DNA from: Thermoproteota archaeon
GTDB taxonomy: Archaea > Korarchaeota > Korarchaeia > Korarchaeales > Korarchaeaceae
Reading direction: 5' to 3'
Length of the DNA: 64,000 bases
NCBI GenBank assembly: GCA_027491395.1
Contig: JAOZFI010000041.1
Coordinates: 84,378 to 148,377, forward strand
Under the pieces are notes generated by a model. That model made no database searches. It had not been told where the DNA came from and was given only the letters and a program-made list of their open reading frames with translations. A program made the translations under genes and the position numbers. How positions within the stretch are numbered: the first letter of the stretch is position 1; each line of letters begins with the position of its first letter. Shown in pieces: positions 9,921 through 19,269 of this stretch.

Positions 9921-11242
9921 ATGGTTAAGAAGGTCGTCATAATGGGGGCCGCAGGCCGCGATTTCCACAACTTCAACGTCTTCTTCCGGGACAATGAGGA
10001 TTACCGGGTGGTCGCCTTCACGGCGGCCCAGCTACCCGATATAGCAGGCAGGATATACCCGCCCGAGCTGGCAGGTAGGCTTTACCCAGAGGGCATACCC
10101 ATAGTCCCGGAGGAGGATCTCCCTAGGCTGATAAGGGAGCAGAGAGTTGACTTAGTCGTCTTCTCTTACAGCGACGTCTCTCACCAGTACTTGATGGAAA
10201 GGGCTGCGGTAGCTCAGGCCAACGGCGCCGATTTCATGCTGCTAGGTCCTAAGAGCACCATGCTTGAGTCGGAGAAGCCCATCATTGCTGTCACAGCCGT
10301 CAGGACGGGGGCTGGGAAGAGCCCAACCAGCCGGAGGATATCCAAGATACTGAAACAGAGAGGGCTCAAGGTAGCGGTAGTCAGGCATCCTATGCCCTAC
10401 GGAGACCTGAAGAAGCAAGTGGTCCAGAAATTCACCTCCCTAGGGACCTAGACAGGTATAACGCCACTATTGAGGAGAGAGAGGACTACGAACCTCATCT
10501 GAAGCTGGGCAACGTGGTTCTGGCTGGAGTGGACTACGAGAAGGTGCTAAGGGAAGCGGAGAAGGAGGGAGACGTGATCCTGTGGGACGGTGGAAACAAC
10601 GACTTCCCGTTCTTCAAGCCGGACCTGATGATCACGGTAGCCGATCCCCTCAGAGCAGGGCATGAGCTTACATACTGGCCTGGCAGCGTGAACATCAGGA
10701 TGGCGGATGTGGTAATAATAAGCAAGGTGGACACGGCAAGCTACACCCAAGTAAACGAGATCCTTGAGAACTTAGAGAGGGTCAACCCTAAGGCTAGAGT
10801 GATCACCGCCGCCATGCCCTATATGGTCGAGGAGCCCGAGCTGGTGGAGGGCCGGAGGGTAGTGGTGGTGGAGGACGGCCCGACGGTCACCCACGGCGAG
10901 ATGGGCTACGGTGCTGGATATTTGATGGCGAAGAGGCTTCATGCTGAAGTAATTGATCCCAGACCCTACGCAGTCGGGTCCATAAAGGAGGTATACGATA
11001 AGTACCCGCATCTGGGACCCGTGCTACCGGCGATGGGCTACAGCAATAGGCAGATGCGTGAGCTGGAGGAGACGATTAACGCGATACCTGCGGAAGCGGT
11101 TGTCCTAGGAACACCAACTGACTTGGGCAGGTATCTGAAGATAGACAAGCCAACGGCCCATGTGAAGTATGAACTACAAGAGATAGGGCCACTCACCTTG
11201 GACAAGGTAATCGACGATTTCCTAGAAAGGGTGAGACTTTGA
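9921..11242 (+). pseudogene. COG2403 P-loop protein (cyclic 2,3-diphosphoglycerate synthetase-like / arginine synthetase ArcE-like), split by a one-base frameshift near 10444 (pseudogene or assembly error)
   Basis: N-part GAAGRDFHNFN...AVRTGAGKS...RHPMPYG (ORF 9900-10451); family sequence DLDRYNATIEEREDYEPHL resumes in another frame at 10445 and runs into ORF 10514-11242 (WDGGNND, EDGPT, PAMGYS). Confidence 0.85.
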
Positions 11243-11991
11243 ATGGAAGGGAGAGGAGGATCTGGCTCCTCACATGGAAGGAGTTCAAGGAAGCTTTGGA
11301 GGATACGGACCTAGTTATACTACCCATGGGCGTCAGCGAGGCTCATGGAAACCACCTGCCTCTGGGCACTGACTTCATCATACCTGAATGGATAGCGGAG
11401 TGGCTGGCCGAGGAGCTGAATGCACTGATCGCACCCCCCATAAGATACGGGGTCGTTACTGGCCTCTCTGGGTATTGGGGGTCTATGAGCGTGAGGGAGA
11501 GCACCTTGGAGGCGCTCACGTACGACGTACTGACCGAACTCTCCAACAACGGATTCGAGCGGGTGATAATACTCAACGGTCACGGTGGTTCCGGTCAAGT
11601 TAGGGCGATCACCAATGCCATGAAGAGAGCTTGGAGGGAATTGGGCCTCAAGAGTCTGATGGTGATGTGGTGGGAGCTCTCCTCAGACATCACGGAGGAA
11701 CTGCTCGGTGGCAGTGGCGGACACGCGGGTGTCGATGAGACAGCTATGGTGATGGCAGTTGATCCTAGCCTAGTGAAGGGGAAGATGGAGAAGGAGGAGA
11801 TATACAGGTTGAGGAAGGGTATATCCCCCACGCCGATGCCCGGATCCATACTCTCATATGACGACGGGTTCGTCGATGCCATCCCGTCCCCCGACAAAGC
11901 GGAAGAGTTCGCTAAGAAGCTACTTGAGAGAATAAAGGAGGAAATAGAGAAGATCTTGGATGGATGGGACAGACAGGACATTCTGGTATAA
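11239..11991 (+). CDS. Creatininase/creatinine amidohydrolase family protein
   Basis: PMGVSEAHGNHLPLGTD, NGHGG, GHAGVDET. Confidence 0.92.
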   Translation: MNGRERRIWLLTWKEFKEALEDTDLVILPMGVSEAHGNHLPLGTDFIIPEWIAEWLAEELNALIAPPIRYGVVTGLSGYWGSMSVRESTLEALTYDVLTELSNNGFERVIILNGHGGSGQVRAITNAMKRAWRELGLKSLMVMWWELSSDITEELLGGSGGHAGVDETAMVMAVDPSLVKGKMEKEEIYRLRKGISPTPMPGSILSYDDGFVDAIPSPDKAEEFAKKLLERIKEEIEKILDGWDRQDILV

Positions 11992-11999
11992 ACGCGGCT

Positions 12000-12716
12000 C
12001 TAGATCAAACTATTCCTCCAATTTTTGGCCCTGAGAACTATCCTCTTGATCATAGCAGTTTCGAACATTCTCCTCTCATCGGGGTACAGCAGCAGGTAGG
12101 GTGTATCTTCCCTCAGCCCAGGGATTACTCTATGGAGGGGCCTGGTGTCAGAGATGTGTACAGCCACGCCAACGAGCTTCCTATGAGCTAACATAATGGC
12201 TGGAGTATGATCGTGAATGTACACGACGCCCAACCTTGGATCCGCAAGTCTATCCGCTATTTCCTTGGAATTACTACCAATCAGCTCAAACGCTGCGTAC
12301 TGATCCCTGCCCAACCTAGTCACTAGGGCTTGAAGCTTCCTTGCGGCGACTAACGGATTGCCCTCGTAAGGTCTCTGGGAGGGTCTGATGACCAGGAAAT
12401 CAGCATTTATGGAGTAAGCGAGCCTCATAGCCTCCTCAACACTCTTGATGGAGGCCTCCGCTATGTGGGGATTAGTGCTGAACACGTTCACATCGCTCAC
12501 AGGAGATCTCACTGCCACTATCGTGTCAAGTTCCCTCACAACCGTTCTCAGGTGGGATATGACTGACCTGTGGAGCAGGGATGGCAGGTAGCGCGGAGGC
12601 TCCGTGGAGACCACGACACCCTCGCATCCGGACCTGACCAGTAGCATGACCACCTCAGGGAGCTCAGCTCCCCACATGAAGTCAGTCGAACACAAAAGCC
12701 TCAAACCCTTCGTCAA
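12000..12716 (-). CDS. Divergent xylose isomerase/AP-endonuclease-2 TIM-barrel protein
   Basis: SPVSDVNVFSTNPHIAEASIKSVEEAMRLAYSINADFLVI pattern; the usual metal-binding His/Glu residues are mostly absent. Confidence 0.6.
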   Translation of the reverse strand: MTKGLRLLCSTDFMWGAELPEVVMLLVRSGCEGVVVSTEPPRYLPSLLHRSVISHLRTVVRELDTIVAVRSPVSDVNVFSTNPHIAEASIKSVEEAMRLAYSINADFLVIRPSQRPYEGNPLVAARKLQALVTRLGRDQYAAFELIGSNSKEIADRLADPRLGVVYIHDHTPAIMLAHRKLVGVAVHISDTRPLHRVIPGLREDTPYLLLYPDERRMFETAMIKRIVLRAKNWRNSLI

Positions 12717-13250
12717 GATTACCCCCTTGCTTCCGGGTAGAATTTCGATCCTTGTAGGTATATAATTTTGATCTTAAATATGCAAGATTTACCCATCTCT
12801 GGCCCCAATGGTTCGAGATATCTTTTTCAAAACGATGATTTACTGAAAATTATTCTGAGACAGGTATTCTAAGATCTTACAACCAATCTGTCACAATATA
12901 GGGGCTCTCATCGGGAGGGAAAGGTTATTATACGGCTATAGAAGATGAAAGGTCACAGCATAGATTTGTTCTTAGATACCCCAAGTATTCTATCTCCTTG
13001 CATGATACCAAATCCGTTAATGCTATCATCAATAATATACACACTAAAATTTATTTAGGATAGTAAATTTCAATAAAATAGAATTATTCAATACAACAAT
13101 GGATAAATATACATTGTTAGATTTATATTCTTTCTGAGCATTGGAAACCCTTCTATCATTTACTGGATTGTAGAGGGATACCATACCACTGATAAGGCTA
13201 TCGAGATATAGGCAATTACTTCGATCGATCGATTCTTCGCCGAGAAAATA

Positions 13251-13267
13251 GAAAAGCTTATATTTAA
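13251..13267 (+). promoter_or_regulatory. Probable BRE/TATA promoter of the histone gene
   Basis: AAAAGCTTATATTTAA about 55-70 nt upstream of the ATG; GAGGTGA SD immediately upstream of the ATG. Confidence 0.5.
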
Positions 13268-13320
13268 TCTTCCATTGTTTGAATACGGCCCTATAAGGGT
13301 TTGTCAAGAGGTGAGACTAT

Positions 13321-13551
13321 ATGCCCCAGAAGCCTGCCAAGCATCTACCCCTTGCTCCCGTATACCGGATCATAAAGGAGGCCGGCGCTGAGAGGGTCAG
13401 CGATGACGCTAAGGCCAGGCTAGCCTACTATCTTGAGAAGTTCGCTTACGAGGTAGGCAAGTACGCTGTTGACCTAGCCAGACACGCCAAGAGGAAGACC
13501 GTCACCGACAGAGACATCGAGCTGGCCGTAGAGGCCATCTGGAAGAAGTAA
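13321..13551 (+). CDS. Archaeal histone (HMf family)
   Basis: LPLAPVYRIIKEAGAERVSDDA...AVDLARHAKRKTVTDRDIELA. Confidence 0.96.
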   Translation: MPQKPAKHLPLAPVYRIIKEAGAERVSDDAKARLAYYLEKFAYEVGKYAVDLARHAKRKTVTDRDIELAVEAIWKK

Positions 13552-13567
13552 GCCGGCCTCCCTAACC

Positions 13568-13580
13568 CTCTTTCTTTTAA
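13568..13580 (+). terminator. Pyrimidine/oligo-T terminator after the histone gene
   Basis: CTCTTTCTTTTAA shortly after the stop codon. Confidence 0.45.
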
Positions 13581-13651
13581 CTCGATTATACGGCCTCATC
13601 GGAACTGGGAACTACTCCTTTCATAATAGTCTAACTCGTTCAACTGTGAAA

Positions 13652-13726
13652 CGGGCCCGGGGGGACTTGAACCCCCGACCTGCGGCTCCGAAGGCCGCCG
13701 CTCTATCCTTGCTGAGCTACGGGCCC
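13652..13726 (-). tRNA. tRNA-Arg(TCG), no intron, CCA not encoded
   Basis: Reverse complement GGGCCCGTAGCTCAGCAAGGATAGAGCGGCGGCCTTCGGAGCCGCAGGTCGGGGGTTCAAGTCCCCCCGGGCCCG folds as a cloverleaf with anticodon TCG. Confidence 0.95.
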
Positions 13727-13770
13727 CCAGAAGATGGGATCCTTCGGGCTTAATAGTGTATGCCCTCTAG

Positions 13771-14958
13771 TCACTCTCCCTTCCCACCCTTAATCACCTG
13801 TCTGCTGAAGAAGTAGGCCCCTACTAGCAGCATCACCACCGATAATACGAGCAAGGTCCAATCACCCTCTGCCAGCTTGGCTCCGACCAGACCGAAGAAT
13901 GTAGCTCTTGGGACGATTGCTAGTACATTCGCCAATACGAAGACGAGGAAATTCATCCCGACAGCTCCGGCCACGTAAGAGGTGACATCTAAGGGAAGAA
14001 ATGGGATAAGCCTAGTTATGAAGACCAGCCAGCCACCCCACCTGTCAAACCACGAGTAGACCTTCCTCAACAGGTCCTCCCTTATGTAGTACTCTAGGAT
14101 CCTCTTTCCCAAAGCCCTAGCGATGAAGTAGTTGATGATCGAGCCGACAGCTATCCCCATACCACCATATATCCCCACCTCAACAGGACTCATGCCCAAA
14201 GCCCCAGCAGCGACTAGGACAGCATCCGCAGGTATGGGTGAGATCACGGCTTGGAGAATCATCGCAGCGAAGAGACCTATTGCCCCATGTCTCCTGACGA
14301 AAGAAGAGATCTCCTCTGCCATGGCTTGATAATGTTCCAGATGCTCTCCTATGAATCTGACTTGATACACATTGCCGAGAAGAGCTAAGGAGGTGAGGAA
14401 GCCAAAGCTGCTAGGCCTCATACTCAGTTTACTCAGGAAAATAACGACCACGAATCCCTCCAGCAAGTAGAGCCCCCAAAATGGAGAAGGAGGTTCAGCA
14501 ATCAGTTGAGCCAGTACGGGTGGTAGGGAGGCTATCGAGGAGATCGCTATGGCCCTCCTAATGGAAACCCCAGATGAGGTCAGCAAGGCCATGGAAAGGC
14601 CGCTCCCCCCAAACCCTATCGAGCTAACGCCTTGAGCGAATCCAGACACAAAACCATCCATAGCATCAGGATTTCGACCTTCTTCTACAGAGAGAAGTCC
14701 CCACCTGAGAAAAGCTACAGCTAAAAGTCCGATTAATGAGAGACCAGCTACTATTAACCCTCCCATAGTGGGATCGACGTAATTCAGCCACCCTCTCAGT
14801 AAGAAGGTTAGTAACGAGGAGGTCATCAGGGCAGATACCGCCGCCTTAGGCTCCAACCCCTCCCTAGCTAGGTATATCCCCGGTATTCCAGCGAGGTGTC
14901 CCGAGGGAAGGGGCCATACGGGTATCCACTCTAGGAGCCCGGCGGCGTACTCCAGCAT
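13771..14958 (-). CDS. Membrane protein: divergent UppP/BacA-like N-terminal domain fused to a DedA/VTT (SNARE-associated) domain
   Basis: GLLEWIPVWPLPSGHL and GFAQGVSSIGFGGSGLS...ASLP resemble the two BacA motifs; SPIPAD, GSIINYFIAR, RLIPFLPLDVTSYVAG are DedA motifs. Confidence 0.75.
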   Translation of the reverse strand: MLEYAAGLLEWIPVWPLPSGHLAGIPGIYLAREGLEPKAAVSALMTSSLLTFLLRGWLNYVDPTMGGLIVAGLSLIGLLAVAFLRWGLLSVEEGRNPDAMDGFVSGFAQGVSSIGFGGSGLSMALLTSSGVSIRRAIAISSIASLPPVLAQLIAEPPSPFWGLYLLEGFVVVIFLSKLSMRPSSFGFLTSLALLGNVYQVRFIGEHLEHYQAMAEEISSFVRRHGAIGLFAAMILQAVISPIPADAVLVAAGALGMSPVEVGIYGGMGIAVGSIINYFIARALGKRILEYYIREDLLRKVYSWFDRWGGWLVFITRLIPFLPLDVTSYVAGAVGMNFLVFVLANVLAIVPRATFFGLVGAKLAEGDWTLLVLSVVMLLVGAYFFSRQVIKGGKGE

Positions 14959-14965
14959 ATGCAGG

Positions 14966-15805
14966 ATGATAAAGTTTCAAATATTAATAGTGGTTGGTGG
15001 CTTGATGGTCGACTTCACCTACGGGGGGATGAACAACCCCCATAGAGACCTGATGGAGGAGATAGAATCCATTCTGGAGCTCGGTTTGGATTACGTAGAA
15101 ATAACGGTCGAATGGCCCTATTCATGGGTAGACACGATTCTCAATCATATAGTCGAGCTGAATGATCTGGCCAGTTCTCACAACTCCTTTTACCTGATAC
15201 ACTCCCCTTGGTACTTGGAGGTAGGCCATCCCTATGATGAGGTTAGGAAGGGGGCCCTCAAGGAGGCTTTCAAGGTCTTAGATATCGCCGCCAGACTGGA
15301 ATCCCCCTACGCAACCTTTCACCCCTTCACCCCAGGATGGCTAGCCGCCATCAGGGAGAAGGCTAGGGAGTTCAATGTAGCGGGTTTCAGGGAGCTGGTT
15401 GCATATTCCAAGGAGAAGGGGGTTCAAGTACTGGTCGAGAATGTGGATCACGGTGCCTTCAGGTCGCCCTCCGATATAAGGTACCTAGTGGATAACGTTC
15501 CAGAGCTGTTCGTCACCCTCGATATCGGACACACCTTCCTCAATGGAGGTGTGGATAAGCTCAAATCCTACATAAACAAGCTCGGCAGTGAGATCATGCA
15601 TCTACACGCCCACGACAATGACCTCAACAGGGATCTTCACCTCCCCATAGGAGCTGGCAGGATACCGTGGAATGAGACTGTTGAGGAGATCAGGTCTTGG
15701 GGATACAAGGGTACGGTGACATTGGAACCCCACGTATCGGACATTGACTACTTAAGGATATCTAGGGATAAGCTCTCATCCCTACTTGAGGCTCCAAGCC
15801 ACTAA
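14966..15805 (+). CDS. Sugar phosphate isomerase/epimerase (AP-endonuclease-2 TIM barrel); start probably ATG at 15005
   Basis: IHSPW, VEN, TLDIGH, HLHAHDN, DLHLPIG, TLE. Confidence 0.88.
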   Translation: MIKFQILIVVGGLMVDFTYGGMNNPHRDLMEEIESILELGLDYVEITVEWPYSWVDTILNHIVELNDLASSHNSFYLIHSPWYLEVGHPYDEVRKGALKEAFKVLDIAARLESPYATFHPFTPGWLAAIREKAREFNVAGFRELVAYSKEKGVQVLVENVDHGAFRSPSDIRYLVDNVPELFVTLDIGHTFLNGGVDKLKSYINKLGSEIMHLHAHDNDLNRDLHLPIGAGRIPWNETVEEIRSWGYKGTVTLEPHVSDIDYLRISRDKLSSLLEAPSH

Positions 15806-16348
15806 ACATGTGGCAGAGGTTATTAGGACGGAGACCACCATGCCCAGCAGGATCTGACCCAGTGTGTGGGAGCCTGATCTCCATCTGGACCAAGCCAAAA
15901 CGGGGACCAAGGCCATCAGCAGAGCTCCTAGGGGATAATTCCCTAAGATCATTAAGAAGGTGGCCGGACCAGCTAGGCCCGCCATGTGAACACTCACCTT
16001 GGTGGCGCAGTGATTGATCACGGCTATTGCTAGTGTGACCGCCAGATAAGATAGGGAGAGAACGGCCATCGGGCATGAGCCCAGTGATGTAAGCAATACA
16101 GTGGCTACAGAATAGCAGACTATGGCCTGAGCGAAAAAGGGACCTCTAGCGTACCTATCCGGGACGAGGATGTCCATCTCCCCTGAGAGAGACTTCTTCA
16201 CAACGTTGGCCACGGGGCAGATGACGATCAACAGGAAGGACACTATGAGGCTCAAGAGATCTGGGTACATGGCATAGACTCCTAGAGACGAGATGGCTGC
16301 TATGGTCACCGGTGACAGCAGCAGGGCTATGGCTCTGTGAGTGTCCAT
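15782..16348 (-). CDS. PAP2-like membrane phosphoesterase
   Basis: Multiple TMs; KVSVHMAG and WSRWRSGSHTLGQI correspond to PAP2 motifs 2 and 3. Confidence 0.7.
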   Translation of the reverse strand: MDTHRAIALLLSPVTIAAISSLGVYAMYPDLLSLIVSFLLIVICPVANVVKKSLSGEMDILVPDRYARGPFFAQAIVCYSVATVLLTSLGSCPMAVLSLSYLAVTLAIAVINHCATKVSVHMAGLAGPATFLMILGNYPLGALLMALVPVLAWSRWRSGSHTLGQILLGMVVSVLITSATCLVAWSLK

Positions 16349-16399
16349 CGGTGGCCAATCCTAGGTTGATTTAAAAAAGAGTTTCCCCGCCTAAAACCT

Positions 16400-17254
16400 A
16401 TGAAAACGAAAGTTTCCCTCCTTTACTCATTGAGAGATCCAGCGGGCAGGAACATGGCCTCCGAGATAAGTGAGAGGTTGGGGGAGCAATTCGATTTGAG
16501 AGGTAAGAGCATAGAGTTAGTCAGCTTCGAGAGGGAGATTCTCTACGTAAAAAGCTGTGAGGAGCTTGGAGTATCCGATTTTGACTACGTGGTGGTACTC
16601 TCTAGGCATAGCGGTACCCCTCACAGACCCATACTTACTGCTCATGTCCCTGGGAACTTCGGTCGGGCTAAGTATGGGGGCGAGTCCTTCAAGCTGGGCA
16701 TAGCAATACCCTCCCTCATGAAGGAGTACTTGGTGGCCGCCTCTAAGAGGGTGGAAGGGACGGGATATTCTGTGGGATTCGAGCCGACCCACCATGGTCC
16801 CACCATCGAAAAGCCCATAGCCTTCTTGGAGATAGGCTGCGATGAGGAAGCTTGGAACGATCCCAATGGAATAAGAATGGCAGCGGAATCCGTAGTAGAG
16901 GCGCTGGAGAACTGGACCGTGGGTAAATACATCCCGACAATAGCTTTTGGTGGCCCACACGTGAACGACCACTTCACTAGGGTGGAACTCAAGACGATGT
17001 ATGCGATCGGCCACACGGCGAGGAAGCTAGATGCCAGCTGGGTCGATGTTACCATGGTAAGGCAGGCGATCGAGAGGAACGGAGAACCGCCCGAAATGGC
17101 CATAGTCGATAACAAGGGTTTGAAGGGAGAGGATCGGGAGAGGATAGAGACGGCTTTAAGGGAGATCGGACTGAGGATGGTTAGGGTAAAAAAACTCCTG
17201 AGGGAGGGAATTGAGGTCTGGGAAGAGCAGGGGGGTCAAAAGGAAGAAGTATAG
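16400..17254 (+). CDS. dtdA: D-aminoacyl-tRNA deacylase (archaeal DTD2)
   Basis: SRHS, LTAHVPGN, EPTHHGPT, FLEIG, FGGPH. Confidence 0.92.
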   Translation: MKTKVSLLYSLRDPAGRNMASEISERLGEQFDLRGKSIELVSFEREILYVKSCEELGVSDFDYVVVLSRHSGTPHRPILTAHVPGNFGRAKYGGESFKLGIAIPSLMKEYLVAASKRVEGTGYSVGFEPTHHGPTIEKPIAFLEIGCDEEAWNDPNGIRMAAESVVEALENWTVGKYIPTIAFGGPHVNDHFTRVELKTMYAIGHTARKLDASWVDVTMVRQAIERNGEPPEMAIVDNKGLKGEDRERIETALREIGLRMVRVKKLLREGIEVWEEQGGQKEEV

Positions 17255-17573
17255 AACCCCCTTCTTCTTCGATAGAACGGTTCCTAGAGACCTCTACTTC
17301 TCCATCCAGAGGAGACTGAACTATCTAGGATACGGAGCTGTCTGGCAACCAAGAAGCGCGGTTAAGGGCAGGAATAGGGATATAAGGGAGATACTAGATT
17401 ACTGCGTGGCTAGGGGGATAAAACTGTACATCACATTTTCAAGGAGAATTACCATTCCACCTGAATACGAAAATAAAATAAAACTAATTAGGCTTAAAGG
17501 TGGAAGAAAGAAAACTATAAATAAGATTTTGGCTCTTTTATTTATAGAGCTCGCTTCTAGGGAAAAGAATTAA
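17211..17573 (+). CDS. Basic hypothetical protein, PIN-like (DUF5615/Mut7-C-like)
   Basis: FFFDRTVP...LNYLGY...DIREILDYC...LYITF pattern. Confidence 0.45.
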   Translation: MRSGKSRGVKRKKYRTPFFFDRTVPRDLYFSIQRRLNYLGYGAVWQPRSAVKGRNRDIREILDYCVARGIKLYITFSRRITIPPEYENKIKLIRLKGGRKKTINKILALLFIELASREKN

Positions 17574-17613
17574 TAAACCGGTGACCCATTGAACTCGGGG
17601 AGGATATAGGGAA

Positions 17614-17928
17614 TTGCTGAGTTTCCGGCCTTCCGAGGATGAGGAAGGTGAAAGTAGACGTATCGTAGTCAGGAGACTCGTATTGGATGTAGTAAAGCCA
17701 CACAACCCTAACATAGTCGACATGGCCGAGGGGCTCTCCGAGCTGAAGGGAGTCAAGAAGGTGGATATAGAGGTGAAGGATTACGACTCCACGATCGAGA
17801 GGCTGAAGATAATCTTGGAGGGAGACGACCTAGACTACGACGAGATAGTGAAGGTGATCAGGTACTACGGGGGGAATGTGGCGAGCCTCGATGGGGTTAC
17901 GGTCGAGACCGAGTCTGGATCGGAGTGA
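17614..17928 (+). CDS. DUF211 family protein
   Basis: RRLVLDVVKPHNP, GGNVASLD. Confidence 0.85.
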   Translation: MLSFRPSEDEEGESRRIVVRRLVLDVVKPHNPNIVDMAEGLSELKGVKKVDIEVKDYDSTIERLKIILEGDDLDYDEIVKVIRYYGGNVASLDGVTVETESGSE

Positions 17929-19243
17929 GTTCAGGTTCTATCTGGAGACTCACGGCTGCTCAATGAACAGATCAGACTCCCAAATAATGGAAAGCCTGCT
18001 CAAGAAGGCAGGCTGGACAAGAGTGGATAGACCGGAGGAAGCTGACGTTCTCATTCTGAACACATGTAATGTGAAGAAGCCCACTGAGCAGAGGATGCTT
18101 CACAGGGCCAAGGTGCTATCAGAGTATGGTCCCCTCATAGCGGCAGGATGCATGGCTAAGTCTCAACCCGAGCTGCTCAGGCCCTACTCTAAGGTCTTGA
18201 TGGCGCCCAGATCCATAGATAGCATTGTAGAGGCCGCATTCTTAGCTCTAGAGGGGAAAGAGGGGGAGTTCTTGGAGTGGAAGAGGCTGGATAAGGCCTC
18301 ATATGATAGGGACCCCGCGAATCTAATCGGGATAGTTCCCATCGCCGAGGGCTGTCTAGGTTCCTGCACTTACTGCATAACTAAGCTGGCTAGGGGAGGA
18401 CTGACTAGCTTCCCCAAGGAGAGCATCATCGACAGAATCTGGGACTTCCTGAACAGGGGGGTAGTGGAGATCTGGTTGACAGCGGAGGACACCGGGGTGT
18501 ATGGTTGGGATATCGGGACCGATCTACCGGACCTATTGGACGGTATCACCTCGCTTAAGGGGGAGTTCAGGATCAGGGTTGGAATGATGACCCCTAACTC
18601 CGCCCTGAGGATAGCTGATAGGTTGCTCGACTCATTCGAGAGCCCTAAACTGTACAAATTCTTCCATTTACCGGTTCAGAGCGGTTCAAACAGGATCCTC
18701 AGGTTGATGGGAAGGGACTACACGGTGGAGGAGTTCATCTCCCTAGTGAAGCGCATAAGGGAGTGGTACGAGGACTCCACCATAAGCACTGACATCATAG
18801 TTGGATTCCCAGGTGAAACGGAGGACGATTTCCATCGAACTCTGAAGCTCTTGGAGGAGATAGAGCCGGATGTAGTGAACCTGAGCAGGTTTGGACCCAG
18901 ACCCAAGACGAAGGCCGCCTCATTACCCCAACTCCCCGCTAGCGTGATCAAGAGGAGAAGCAAGGTGGCGATGGAACTGATAGAGGAGATAAAGGAGAGA
19001 AGGAACGAGAGGTTTTTGGGGAGGGATCTGGTGGTACTCGCCTCAGAGATCACCCCTAAGGGGACTCAAGGCAGGACCCCTTCATACAAACCCGTGGCCT
19101 TGGGGCAGGTCGAACCCGGATACTTCTATGAAGTCATCATCGAGGGCTTCAAGGGCAACTACTTGCTAGGGCGGGTTGTAAGAAGACTCGGGAGGGCGGG
19201 CCTCAACTTTAACGTCCAAGTAGAGGAGTGCCCGTCTAGATAA
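17876..19243 (+). CDS. mtaB: tRNA t6A37 methylthiotransferase (archaeal e-MtaB/CDKAL1 type); exact start uncertain
   Basis: THGCSMN, NTCNVK, AGCM, EGCLGSCTYC, HLPVQSGS, TDIIVGFPGET, C-terminal TRAM-like domain. Confidence 0.9.
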   Translation: MWRASMGLRSRPSLDRSEFRFYLETHGCSMNRSDSQIMESLLKKAGWTRVDRPEEADVLILNTCNVKKPTEQRMLHRAKVLSEYGPLIAAGCMAKSQPELLRPYSKVLMAPRSIDSIVEAAFLALEGKEGEFLEWKRLDKASYDRDPANLIGIVPIAEGCLGSCTYCITKLARGGLTSFPKESIIDRIWDFLNRGVVEIWLTAEDTGVYGWDIGTDLPDLLDGITSLKGEFRIRVGMMTPNSALRIADRLLDSFESPKLYKFFHLPVQSGSNRILRLMGRDYTVEEFISLVKRIREWYEDSTISTDIIVGFPGETEDDFHRTLKLLEEIEPDVVNLSRFGPRPKTKAASLPQLPASVIKRRSKVAMELIEEIKERRNERFLGRDLVVLASEITPKGTQGRTPSYKPVALGQVEPGYFYEVIIEGFKGNYLLGRVVRRLGRAGLNFNVQVEECPSR

Positions 19244-19269
19244 GTCCCGTGAAAAAGGTAGATGGGAGA

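Noticed and set aside
10430-10451. Programmed -1 frameshift in the COG2403 gene
   Set aside because: No X XXY YYZ slippery heptamer; a single-base deletion explains it more simply
13044-13307. 87-aa minus-strand ORF
   Set aside because: AT-rich with atypical composition, overlaps the histone promoter, no recognisable motif
13652-13726. Integrated element at tRNA-Arg (or at tRNA-Asp, 41149-41225)
   Set aside because: No integrase, no duplicated tRNA 3' end, and the flanking genes are ordinary chromosomal genes
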